Sequence record: OR992645.1
DNA length: 64,000 bases
Origin: Escherichia phage EI-SP-GF
Strand: one strand, 5' to 3'
In this document: piece by piece, positions 19,979 through 28,809 of the stretch
Layout: every line of letters begins with the position of its first letter
Numbering within the stretch: position 1 is the stretch's first letter
Made by a program: the position numbers and the translations under genes
The notes under the pieces: generated by a model
Databases searched by the model: none
Told to the model about the DNA's origin: nothing
Seen by the model: only the letters and a program-made list of their open reading frames with translations

Positions 19979-20449
19979 TCAATCAAGGACAACACCGCCT
20001 GCCTTTTTAAACACCTCGATCAACTTCTCAATCTTCTGTTCATGCTGACCATATCCAGCACCAGGTAACGAAGCCCAGCGGGAACGGCATTTATGGATAG
20101 CCTCGTGGATACGCCCTTCGTCAATGTCGGCGAGAGCCTTGCACTCACGGATCAGTTGCAACGCAATCTTGTCCTGACTGGCAGGGCCAAAATCTGGCAA
20201 TCCTAACTGTTCCATGTAGTGTTTAGCAAACTTCTCCAAAACCTGGTAACGCCCAGCAGCGGAGGAGGTAAGTTTAGCATTTAGCTTAACGTACACACCT
20301 GGATGCTTGCTGTAATCGCTAAACAGCTTGCCACCAACTATGACATCATAGCCCCGATCCTTGGTGGGTTGTCTACCATTATCTGTGCCTTCTGAATATG
20401 CGATCATATCCAAGAAAGCTTTTCGTTGAACATTTTTATCAAGTTTCAT
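19979..20449 (-). CDS. endolysin, lambda R-type lytic transglycosylase
   Basis: Near-collinear similarity to lambda R: QRKAFLDMIAYSEGTDNGRQ...GYDVIVGG...WASLPGAGYGQ. Confidence 0.85.
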   Translation of the reverse strand: MKLDKNVQRKAFLDMIAYSEGTDNGRQPTKDRGYDVIVGGKLFSDYSKHPGVYVKLNAKLTSSAAGRYQVLEKFAKHYMEQLGLPDFGPASQDKIALQLIRECKALADIDEGRIHEAIHKCRSRWASLPGAGYGQHEQKIEKLIEVFKKAGGVVLD

Positions 20450-20573
20450 TTTTCATACTCTCCAGTTTACTCATAACTAACCAGATCAACAACACTACAC
20501 AGTGTGGTTATGTAGGTGCCAATTGAAAAACCATCATTCGATTGGCTACCGTTACCTACTAAACCTTCCTACA

Positions 20574-21857
20574 TCATTCCAGAACCTCCCAAGTGTCTGG
20601 GTCAACATTTCGGACGCAGATACCGACAGGGAATTGGTAGTTGTTGTCTTCTGTCCTTGATTGATATTTGAAGGTGACAAACTTGCCGATCATTTCCTGC
20701 ATCCTGTCATAGCTACGCTCCTCGTGCGTGCCTTTCATCTTCATTTTAACAATAACACCTTCCTTGTCAACACAGATAAGAACACCTTCATCATTCTTAT
20801 CTTTCTCAACGTCAATAACTTTCACCTCTGCGTCGTTGAACTTTTTCCATTTCAATGCTTCAGATGTTCGCTGACCGTACTCGTATTTACCGCAGAAATT
20901 ACGCATGATAGTACCTTCATATCCTTCGGACATGAATATACCAACAGATTCTTCGCAATGATCAACTGTGTACGCAAGCTCTGCGTCAACAACCTTGATA
21001 TGGTCAAGCATCAGAGTGGTAACAGTATCCTCTGCATCCATAAGATCCTTGCAGCGTCCAGACTCTGTTTCTGGATCCCACCACACCTTGTCGCTAGGAA
21101 TATCAAAAATGTGATACTCCAGATCGTAGCTACAGTACCCACCGTAACGCAAATCATCACGAACAGGCTCAACATCGACAGGAATATCTACCTTGTTGAA
21201 GTTTTTGTATGTTGATAAGCCTGCCTTAATTGCTGCATGACGGCGTTTTTTATCTGCCTCATAGTCTTTATCGATCTCGGCCTGAATCTCTTCCTGTGTG
21301 CGCCACCGTTTAGCAAGAGACACTATTTTCTGCAAAGGAAGACCATGAATGTATAGTTCCCCATCAAGTTGTTTAATCCCAGTGGTAGAATGGAAAGAAC
21401 GAAGTTGCTCTAAAAGCTTTCCTTGAATAGGGTAGGACTTATTACCACGGGAAATAAATTTAGGCTCACCATTTTGGAAAACAACAAGCAGACGAAGGCC
21501 ATCTAACTTACGCAAGATCCAGCAAGGTAATTTAAGTGCCTTGCCACGCTTCAGGTAGTCATGCACCAGCATGGGTAAAAGATCAACACCCTGCTCGCAA
21601 TCTTCCATGTTTTCAACATACCCCAGACGGACTTGTTTTTCCCACTTGCTGATAGCCTCAAGCTCGGCCTGTTGCTCAGCTGTAGTCTCGTTGGCACGAC
21701 CTACGTTCTTAGGTGTGCATACCGTCTCTTTGTACTGCAGTTTACCATCAAGCTTGCCAAACTCTACGATAACCTTATCACCATCCGTGAATACTTTCCA
21801 CTGTTGGTAGCTGCCATCTTTATTCAGTGCGTACAGTGTTGTTTTGATCTGATGCAT
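20574..21857 (-). CDS. ATP-dependent DNA ligase
   Basis: Nucleotidyltransferase motif I KLDGLR and motif IV EGYEGTIMR. Confidence 0.6.
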   Translation of the reverse strand: MHQIKTTLYALNKDGSYQQWKVFTDGDKVIVEFGKLDGKLQYKETVCTPKNVGRANETTAEQQAELEAISKWEKQVRLGYVENMEDCEQGVDLLPMLVHDYLKRGKALKLPCWILRKLDGLRLLVVFQNGEPKFISRGNKSYPIQGKLLEQLRSFHSTTGIKQLDGELYIHGLPLQKIVSLAKRWRTQEEIQAEIDKDYEADKKRRHAAIKAGLSTYKNFNKVDIPVDVEPVRDDLRYGGYCSYDLEYHIFDIPSDKVWWDPETESGRCKDLMDAEDTVTTLMLDHIKVVDAELAYTVDHCEESVGIFMSEGYEGTIMRNFCGKYEYGQRTSEALKWKKFNDAEVKVIDVEKDKNDEGVLICVDKEGVIVKMKMKGTHEERSYDRMQEMIGKFVTFKYQSRTEDNNYQFPVGICVRNVDPDTWEVLE

Positions 21858-22126
21858 TACTCGGCCTCTTCCTTAAAAATTTTAAACATCTCTTCTTTAC
21901 TCATTACCAACCAGTCTCCCATAAAGTCAACTAGCCAATCTCCCTGGTACAAGACAAGGTTACCAAAAGGCTCGACAAGCTCACACATGCGACGAAGATC
22001 TCTGGTCCGAACAGGTGACGATGTAAACACACCTGTATCAATCCACCGTTGCAGATCAGATACTGATGAAGAGCTTCCGTCAAACTGATGTGCTTCTACA
22101 GGTTTAGCAAGATTAAATAACGGCAT
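21857..22126 (-). CDS. hypothetical protein (89 aa)
   Basis: ORF track. Confidence 0.3.
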   Translation of the reverse strand: MPLFNLAKPVEAHQFDGSSSSVSDLQRWIDTGVFTSSPVRTRDLRRMCELVEPFGNLVLYQGDWLVDFMGDWLVMSKEEMFKIFKEEAE

Positions 22127-22421
22127 TGCAGTCCTCCTTCTGTAGTAGGTCTTTTATAGGATAAACAAGTAAGTGTGGGTCGTAATAACGTATAGTCCTA
22201 TTCTGCCACACTATGAACTTTATTACAACCAAATTTACAATATCTTTATCACCATGTAGCCCAACACACACATTTGTCCATATTTTGTGGTTGAAGACCT
22301 TGCTATCGATGTAGATTTTAGTGTCAAACTTATCTTCCATTCTACCAATAAGTTTGATCAGCTCCTTCATCTGGTCGCCAAACACAGCATCTTTTTCAAG
22401 ATCTCTGGAATGCTTGTACAT
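22113..22421 (-). CDS. hypothetical protein (102 aa)
   Basis: ORF track. Confidence 0.3.
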   Translation of the reverse strand: MYKHSRDLEKDAVFGDQMKELIKLIGRMEDKFDTKIYIDSKVFNHKIWTNVCVGLHGDKDIVNLVVIKFIVWQNRTIRYYDPHLLVYPIKDLLQKEDCNAVI

Positions 22422-22449
22422 AACTGACTACCTCACTGCATACTTTCCA

Positions 22450-22477
22450 TAATAAGTAAAGCCGGGTAATCCCGGCT
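22450..22477 (-). terminator. hairpin terminator-like element downstream of 22484-23197 gene
   Basis: Perfect 7-bp stem AGCCGGG/CCCGGCT with TAAT loop, followed on minus strand by T-rich tract. Confidence 0.4.
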
Positions 22478-22483
22478 ATGTTG

Positions 22484-23197
22484 TTAAATATACTCTGTTA
22501 CATCCTTGAAGCTCGAAGGCTTCATAATCTTACCTTTACTGTCAAGGAATATAATAACTTTATTGCCGTTGTAGAACTCCTCTTTAGCAACGAAACCTTC
22601 GTAGCGACCACCAAAACGACGCTCAAGATCTTTAATCTCCAACTCGATGAGTTGTTCAGCAGGCATATCTGCACTGGCACCGTGTGAATGCCGTAGATGG
22701 TTGATCCGTGCAAACTTACTGTCATTAGATTTTAGAACCTTCCGCATCATCCCACACACATCCCCGCTAAGCTGGAACAGCAAAGCTGTTGATAACTCCG
22801 CTAGTCGGTAAGCTGACGCTCTTTGCTTGGATGTGTTTTTCGCAGCGATCAGTGTATCATAGAACTCACCGATCTTGAACTTAAGACCTCGCGGATTATC
22901 AAACAGGTTTGACCACTTTTCGTGGTTATCATTAACAAGATAAGCTGCATAACTTGTGACAACGTGAAGATCGCAGGCCTCTTTTAGCAGGTGATCTCCA
23001 CCAGCACCTTTCTCCAGCTCTTCCAAAACCTCATTGAACTCTTCCTCAATGAAGCTAAGCTGTAATTCGAATGGTGTGTATGATTTTTTCACTTTAGCTG
23101 CCACACGGTTCCAGTTTTCCACCCAGTTAGCAGACCAAAGGTAGTTTTCAGGCTGGGACAGTTTTTCCAGGTTGTCGATCAGTTTAGTATTCAGCAT
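22484..23197 (-). CDS. putative MazG-like nucleotide pyrophosphohydrolase
   Basis: EEEFNEVLEELEKG...DHLLKEACDLHVV resembles MazG EExxE/ExxD helices. Confidence 0.35.
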   Translation of the reverse strand: MLNTKLIDNLEKLSQPENYLWSANWVENWNRVAAKVKKSYTPFELQLSFIEEEFNEVLEELEKGAGGDHLLKEACDLHVVTSYAAYLVNDNHEKWSNLFDNPRGLKFKIGEFYDTLIAAKNTSKQRASAYRLAELSTALLFQLSGDVCGMMRKVLKSNDSKFARINHLRHSHGASADMPAEQLIELEIKDLERRFGGRYEGFVAKEEFYNGNKVIIFLDSKGKIMKPSSFKDVTEYI

Positions 23198-23210
23198 TAA
23201 AGGTCTCCTT

Positions 23211-23972
23211 TTAAAGTTCCATAAAGTTTTCTACAGTTTCAATAAATGCTTTATCAGAGAAAGCGTCAACAGCACCGTTAAACCATACAGGGATCCCGCG
23301 ATCCTCATATTGATAAAGGTCGCTACGTGAAATGCCACTTCCATCTGCACTCTGCGAATCATACTTGTTTACAATCAGCAGTTTTGTGCCTTTACAAGTA
23401 GCAGGAAACAATTCCCAGTTAAAATTAATAACTGTGTTAGAACAACCTACCAGGATCACCATATCATTGCTTGTGAGAGATGTCAACAGGTCATACATGT
23501 CTGTATACTTAGGAGCAACCTCACCGAAGAACACTACATTGGGCTTAACCCAGGTATACTTGCCTGTATCTACCTCCGTGTATCCGATATTTTTAATTAC
23601 ATCATTACCTTCAGCATCTTCGTAGGTGATTTCAGGCAAATACCCGTGGACATGTAAAATATCTTCATGTTTTACACCAGCACGCTCCAGCAAATCATCT
23701 ACATTGGTAGTAAGGTTGATCACACGACCAGACCAGCGGGAATACCACTCAGCGATCCGAAGATGTGCAAGGTTAGGATCAACACTGCCCAGAGCTACAC
23801 GACGTGCATTGTAAAAGTCATGCACCTTATAGTAGTTCTTGGCAAAGGTGTGGATGTTGCACACCTCATCGATGCTGAAATTCTCCCACATTGCAGTGCT
23901 ACCAGATCGGAAAGTGGGAATACCAGATTCAGCGCTCAAACCAGCACCGGAGATAATAATCAGTCGTCGCAT
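23211..23972 (-). CDS. Sir2-family (sirtuin-like) NAD-dependent protein
   Basis: GAGLSAESGIPTFR, TTNVDDL, HVHG, KPNVVFFGE and LVGCS sirtuin motifs; no CxxC zinc ribbon. Confidence 0.75.
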   Translation of the reverse strand: MRRLIIISGAGLSAESGIPTFRSGSTAMWENFSIDEVCNIHTFAKNYYKVHDFYNARRVALGSVDPNLAHLRIAEWYSRWSGRVINLTTNVDDLLERAGVKHEDILHVHGYLPEITYEDAEGNDVIKNIGYTEVDTGKYTWVKPNVVFFGEVAPKYTDMYDLLTSLTSNDMVILVGCSNTVINFNWELFPATCKGTKLLIVNKYDSQSADGSGISRSDLYQYEDRGIPVWFNGAVDAFSDKAFIETVENFMEL

Positions 23973-23980
23973 AAGTGTCC

Positions 23981-24361
23981 TCAGTAGATGTTTTGTTTAA
24001 TCTCTATTCCAAACTTCTTGAATGAGTCAGCAGCAAGCATAAATTTACGAGCTGCCGATGGATTAGAAGTATGCACGAAAATAATCACGTTGTCAATAAG
24101 TGGTGGCTTTCCGAATACAAGTTTCTCCTCTAGCGCAGAGAAGCAGTCGTACCCTTCAAGCACTTCACCTAGATCATTGTCAAAATGCCACTCAGAAACG
24201 CGCCTGTAGAGCTTTCTATTATCGTTAATAAAATCCATGAACTCAGAAGAGTTCTTCAGCCAAAGAGCATCTTGGATTCCGTAATTTGACGGATCTCTCA
24301 AGTCATCTAGCCACACAATCAACTTCTTCATTGCATATAGTCCTCGTTGTGAAAATAGCAA
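23981..24361 (-). CDS. hypothetical protein with receiver-like motif pattern (126 aa)
   Basis: KLIVWLDD...HFDNDLG...VHTSNP pattern reminiscent of a REC-like fold; inference only. Confidence 0.3.
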   Translation of the reverse strand: MLFSQRGLYAMKKLIVWLDDLRDPSNYGIQDALWLKNSSEFMDFINDNRKLYRRVSEWHFDNDLGEVLEGYDCFSALEEKLVFGKPPLIDNVIIFVHTSNPSAARKFMLAADSFKKFGIEIKQNIY

Positions 24362-25263
24362 TCAAGTATCTCACGGCGTTCCTGCTCCAGGAGGCAGTTC
24401 CACACATCTTCTGTGTAATTGCTACGAATGAAGTTTACCATGCCATAAAACTCTTCGTCAATACGTTTAAAGATATCATCATCCCAAATCTTCCAAGCTT
24501 TACCCCTCATTACGGCCTTCCGTGCCAAATAGTATGGAGACTTGATCTTCAGCTGCAGGTCATAAGGGTAGTAAGGCTTACGGATCATATACCCTTCGCC
24601 CCTTGTTTCTGCAGCCAATTCTTTTGCATAGCTGAACGGGATTTCACGCACAGTGTGAGGACGTTTTGCACCAAGGTATTTGGCAATCCCATCTAAAGCT
24701 GCTTCTGGTAGCATTATTCCAGAATCATTATATCTGCAACCTATCAAATATGCGCCATGGTCTTCTTGAACAATATGCGGATCTGAAGGGTGACAAATTT
24801 CAAACATGAATGTCATGTTTTCATTGCCCATAACCTTCTTGATAAGATCTAAATTACCACATTGCTCTTGGATGGTTTCCTTTGCAAGGTTACAATATGG
24901 AGAATCAAGAGACCCGGTTGTTGAGAACAATAGGTCACCTTTATGAGATGATACCACACCAAGGAATCCGTTCTTTTTCTCTACCGCAGTCACAAGCTTA
25001 TTGTCAGGCAGGTTGGTGGAGTTTTCTCCCAAGTTAAACACTTTTGTGAAGGGCCATGCCACAACATTTCCTTCATTACCTACAACAATGCCTCGGCACT
25101 CCAGTAAACGAGGGGACAAATGCCATAAATTGTTGTAAAATACTTTTCTAGCATATTTATAGATCTTTAACCCGAGATCTGGGTAATACCTACTGGTTAC
25201 AAGACCTTTGTCAACTAGGTCGTCTGCATTAAAATACTTCATCATACGTTCCTCATTTGTCAT
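24328..25263 (-). CDS. putative RNA ligase (nucleotidyltransferase)
   Basis: Motif I VEKKNGF (KxNG as in Rnl1/Trl1-type ligases) and motif IV GEGYMIRKP; true start probably ATG at 25242 (GAGGAA RBS). Confidence 0.45.
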   Translation of the reverse strand: MTNEERMMKYFNADDLVDKGLVTSRYYPDLGLKIYKYARKVFYNNLWHLSPRLLECRGIVVGNEGNVVAWPFTKVFNLGENSTNLPDNKLVTAVEKKNGFLGVVSSHKGDLLFSTTGSLDSPYCNLAKETIQEQCGNLDLIKKVMGNENMTFMFEICHPSDPHIVQEDHGAYLIGCRYNDSGIMLPEAALDGIAKYLGAKRPHTVREIPFSYAKELAAETRGEGYMIRKPYYPYDLQLKIKSPYYLARKAVMRGKAWKIWDDDIFKRIDEEFYGMVNFIRSNYTEDVWNCLLEQERREILDCYFHNEDYMQ

Positions 25264-25306
25264 TTTGTCAGTCTATCCTGTCACACAAATAACCTAGTGT
25301 CAACAC

Positions 25307-25335
25307 TTGAAATTAACAAAACAGTTAGATATACT
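25307..25335 (+). promoter_or_regulatory. sigma70-like promoter (TTGAAA-N17-TATACT) for kinase/phosphoesterase operon
   Basis: Hexamers at 25307-25312 and 25330-25335 with 17-nt spacer; back to back with a minus-strand TTGACA at 25298-25303. Confidence 0.45.
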
Positions 25336-25363
25336 ATCGTTGAAATTAAAACGGGGGGTCACT

Positions 25364-25774
25364 ATGTCTAAAATGCTATATATCGTGCGTGGTCTACCAG
25401 GGTCTGGCAAATCAACACTGGCAAATGCGCTATCTTTAGAGGGTCTGTATCCACATTTTGAGAACGACATGTTCTGGTATGACGATGACGGCAATTACAA
25501 CTGGGATGCAAGTAAAGTAACACTCGCAGCGAAATGGTGCAAAGATAACGTAGAAGATATGATGCGTATGGGATACGACCGTATCGTGGTAAGTAATACG
25601 TTTACAAAAGAAAAACATGTGCAGGAATATGTTGACATGGCAATCAGTCATGGGTATAGTTATACCGTGATCGTGGTTGAAAACCGCCACGGTAATAAAA
25701 GCATTCATGATGTTCCAGACAAGGTTGTGGATCGTATGGAACGCCAGCTTAAAAACTGCATTAAACTTAAATGA
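25364..25774 (+). CDS. P-loop polynucleotide-kinase-like protein
   Basis: Walker A VRGLPGSGKSTLA at N-terminus; start moved to ATG 25364 (GGGGGG RBS). Confidence 0.6.
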   Translation: MSKMLYIVRGLPGSGKSTLANALSLEGLYPHFENDMFWYDDDGNYNWDASKVTLAAKWCKDNVEDMMRMGYDRIVVSNTFTKEKHVQEYVDMAISHGYSYTVIVVENRHGNKSIHDVPDKVVDRMERQLKNCIKLK

Positions 25775-25781
25775 GGAATGT

Positions 25782-26336
25782 ATGAAATACTTTGTAACAA
25801 GCGACACACACTTTCTCCACCAGCGGGTCATGGAGTTTGATTCATGTCAAAAACACAGATCTCAGTATGATCACAATCTTGACAGTATGAATGCGGGAAT
25901 CATCGCCGAATGGAACTCTGTTGTGTCACCTGCAGACACTGTGTTCCACTTGGGAGATATTGCGTGCACTAATGATAAGAATATCAACAACTTACTTCCA
26001 GATATTCTAAATATGTTGAACGGACATATTATTCTTGTTCGTGGCAACCATGACACAAGGACGACTGTCAGAATTATGAAAGAGTTCGGTCATGAGGTTG
26101 TAGATTATTACGAGCTTCGCCACAACAAGAATTTGATCTGTATGAGCCATTACCAATTTGCAAAGTGGAACAGAAATCCTCACGGATCAGTCCAACTGTT
26201 CGGTCATGCTCACGGAACCACACAACAGTTGTTTGGCAGGCAGCTTGATGTCGGTTGGGATGTGTGGGGGAGACTCTTACCATTAGAAGAGGCATACCGT
26301 ATTGCAATGAGTTTTGCTATTGACAGCGGGGAGTAA
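25782..26336 (+). CDS. calcineurin-like metallophosphoesterase
   Basis: Motifs SDTHF, LGDIA, VRGNHD; start moved to ATG 25782 (GAGGAA RBS) directly after kinase stop. Confidence 0.65.
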   Translation: MKYFVTSDTHFLHQRVMEFDSCQKHRSQYDHNLDSMNAGIIAEWNSVVSPADTVFHLGDIACTNDKNINNLLPDILNMLNGHIILVRGNHDTRTTVRIMKEFGHEVVDYYELRHNKNLICMSHYQFAKWNRNPHGSVQLFGHAHGTTQQLFGRQLDVGWDVWGRLLPLEEAYRIAMSFAIDSGE

Positions 26337-26383
26337 TCCCTGCTATTTTAAAGAAAATTGCCACACAAGGAGAATCAGGAGAT

Positions 26384-26734
26384 ATGAAAGATGGGGATAA
26401 GCTGCTATATCTTAAAGTCCCCCTTGAAATACTGTCTATGTCAAAAGTTTTGAATGACACAACTGGAGAGGTTGTTGTTCTTGACTTGTATGACAAGATC
26501 GTATACTGCTACCTGCACAACTGGTATAAGCTTGGAGGAAATTCACGCTTCACACCCAGCACAAGGAAAATTGCAGCAGATGTTGGGATAAAGAAAACAA
26601 AAGCAGCAGCGTGCGTTAAAACTTTAGAGTGTGCAGGGGTGGTTGAAACATCCACACAAGGGAGAGGTAAAAGATGCACATTTTCCAAAGTTTTGCCACC
26701 AGAAGAAGTTATTCGGATGTCAACAACTGGTTAG
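26384..26734 (+). CDS. putative HTH DNA-binding protein (116 aa)
   Basis: STRKIAADVGIKKTKAAACVKTLECAGVVE resembles a winged-helix/HTH recognition segment. Confidence 0.4.
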   Translation: MKDGDKLLYLKVPLEILSMSKVLNDTTGEVVVLDLYDKIVYCYLHNWYKLGGNSRFTPSTRKIAADVGIKKTKAAACVKTLECAGVVETSTQGRGKRCTFSKVLPPEEVIRMSTTG

Positions 26735-26809
26735 ACCAGTAAAAACTTAAATATCTGTACTATAAGGATTCGTATGTTTTATGTTCGCTCTAGAATAGAG
26801 GTCAGTAAC

Positions 26810-26890
26810 TGTCCGTGATACGGACACTACTGTCCGTCACGCGGACACATCTGCCCGTAATACGGACACTAACTGTCCGTGATACGGACA
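26810..26890. repeat. four tandem 17-bp palindromic operator-like sites (TGTCCG-N5-CGGACA)
   Basis: Copies at 26810-26826, 26831-26847, 26853-26869, 26874-26890; copies 1 and 4 identical, 2 and 3 slightly degenerate; centre-to-centre spacing 21-22 bp. Confidence 0.65.
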
Positions 26891-27395
26891 CATAAAGAAT
26901 ATAACTAAAATAACTAAATAATAAAAAATAAAAGATCTAGTACTTATGGTACTAAAGTACATATACTTAACTTATGTAGAATATACTAGATCCTAAGTAC
27001 CATGTTTTAAATTTATTACTTACTATAGGTAGTGTCGGCCCTTCATTGGCACTCGCCTACGAGGGGCGAGATGCCGGGCCTCCATAGTGCACACAATAAC
27101 AGAAGTGCATACATGCAGGTCTGTTAACATGTGTGGGAGCGAAGCGATAGCGCAGGCCAAAGGCCGAGCACTAATGTGGACCACCGACGAAAGCTTGCCA
27201 GCGCCGTAAGGGGTCGGTTGAGAGCCTCCCGCGCGAGTTTGGATAAAGTTTATGTGTGGAAACTGACAAGAAGGCCCCTAAATCGCTCCACAGCTATATA
27301 AACTATACCAAGTAAGGCAATCGCACCAGTTTGATAGAAAAGCTCGTTACAAAGCGATACAGTTAGTTTTTCTATAACTTGAAGAGGAGTCTGCT

Positions 27396-27974
27396 ATGAG
27401 TTCACGCAAAGATGCCAGTGAAAAGATTGCAAAACGTTATCAGAATGAAGAACAGATGGAGAAAACTTTCAAGTGGAAGCCAGGTTTCCAGCGTAATCAT
27501 TCTAACGCTCGTGATCGTAAGCATCCTGATAAGTGGCTAACACCGCCAAATGATGGCATGCAGGTTGGTGATGAGAAGGAGCTATCACCTGGAAAAGATG
27601 GCAACTACATTCGCACTAAGGACGCTAGTCCAAAGGATGACAGCTATCTTGTAGATAAGGTTCTTAATGGTATTGATGTAGATGTTGACACTACACGGAA
27701 CTTTTTTCTTGGGTGGTATCGCACAGGTTTTTTCGACATCAAGGCCATTCGTCGTGTTTGTGATATTAAAAAGTCTGCATATGATGACGACTCGTTACAT
27801 CGCACACTGAGACAATATTCAGAAAGATATGGTCATCCGGTTATCACTCTTGACGATGTTAACGAAGTGATGTATCATGCAGAGGTTGTTGCAGGCAGAT
27901 TTGGTGATGCATATCTTGATATCCTTTCTGCAAACGATGAGGTAATGTTGAATAAGATTTACTACGAACGTTGA
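27396..27974 (+). CDS. hypothetical protein (192 aa)
   Basis: ORF track; GAGGAG RBS upstream. Confidence 0.45.
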   Translation: MSSRKDASEKIAKRYQNEEQMEKTFKWKPGFQRNHSNARDRKHPDKWLTPPNDGMQVGDEKELSPGKDGNYIRTKDASPKDDSYLVDKVLNGIDVDVDTTRNFFLGWYRTGFFDIKAIRRVCDIKKSAYDDDSLHRTLRQYSERYGHPVITLDDVNEVMYHAEVVAGRFGDAYLDILSANDEVMLNKIYYER

Positions 27975-27984
27975 GGAGAGCTTA

Positions 27985-28173
27985 ATGAACAATCCGGTAG
28001 CAAAGAATTGTAATAAGTTCAACAAGTCTGCAATTCACACTGACAGGAAAAAGAGCTGGTCACCGGACATTGACGAGGAGCTTGAGAATTACTTTGAAGA
28101 TCTGGTTACCAATGCAGGTGAGGTTGCGATTAAAGAATACGCAGACAGGAGGGATAAGGCCGGAATCTGTTGA
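27985..28173 (+). CDS. hypothetical protein (62 aa)
   Basis: ORF track; GAGGAG RBS. Confidence 0.3.
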   Translation: MNNPVAKNCNKFNKSAIHTDRKKSWSPDIDEELENYFEDLVTNAGEVAIKEYADRRDKAGIC

Positions 28174-28198
28174 CAAAAATAATGTTACCTGATAAGAT
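28170..28198 (+). promoter_or_regulatory. sigma70-like promoter (TTGACA-N17-TAAGAT)
   Basis: Hexamers at 28170-28175 and 28193-28198. Confidence 0.4.
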
Positions 28199-28249
28199 CT
28201 GCAATATGATGTGATACAATTTTAACTTACGAGGTCTACAGGTAATGCT

Positions 28250-28492
28250 ATGTTTAAGGTTAAGCTCGTTTTCCGTTCCATGAATGAGGATTATTTAGAA
28301 GATGAAGGTGAATTTCGTGCACTAGATGATGCAATAGATTTTGCCAACGACTTAGCTTGTATGAATACTGGTTATGGGTTATGCTGTTGGGATGGTGGTG
28401 TTCAGATCGGTGATAGCAAGATCTTCTACTTCTACCCTGAGCCTGATAACAAACAAATTAAGTATGTTTTATTTATTTGTGCTTTACAATGA
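28250..28492 (+). CDS. hypothetical protein (80 aa)
   Basis: ORF track. Confidence 0.4.
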   Translation: MFKVKLVFRSMNEDYLEDEGEFRALDDAIDFANDLACMNTGYGLCCWDGGVQIGDSKIFYFYPEPDNKQIKYVLFICALQ

Positions 28493-28780
28493 GGTTGTTT
28501 TCGTGTATCATGATGAATATCCAATTTAAAGATGAGTTTGATGGCTTTATCTCCGGATGCTTTGAAACAGGGTTTGGAGAAGGCTGAGTTCCCCTTAGAG
28601 GGCTTGATAGTGCACCACACTTAAAATGGTAGGGGCAGCCAGCACATGACGATGTGACCCCAGCCAACCTGTAATAAGGTCGAGCCAGAGCGCGGTAATG
28701 GGTATCTGGTAACCCACTTGTTGGGTCTTGCTGGTCCAGGACGCTGGGCAAGTCGCAGGGAATACCACCCTGCGGCGAAC

Positions 28781-28809
28781 TTGACAATCAGTATTTGCCG
28801 TGATAAAAT
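28781..28809 (+). promoter_or_regulatory. sigma70-like promoter (TTGACA-N17-TAAAAT) overlapped by inverted repeat CGTGATA/TATCACG
   Basis: Hexamers at 28781-28786 and 28804-28809; palindrome arms flank the -10. Confidence 0.45.

Noticed and set aside
26806-26890. Tandem repeats as a possible CRISPR array
   Set aside because: Repeats are 17-bp palindromes separated by only about 4-5 bp; operator or iteron geometry, not repeat-spacer architecture
27018-27040. T7-like promoter look-alike TTATTACTTACTATAGGTAGTG
   Set aside because: Single occurrence noticed, no single-subunit RNA polymerase gene in the window, and the structural genes carry sigma70-type promoters
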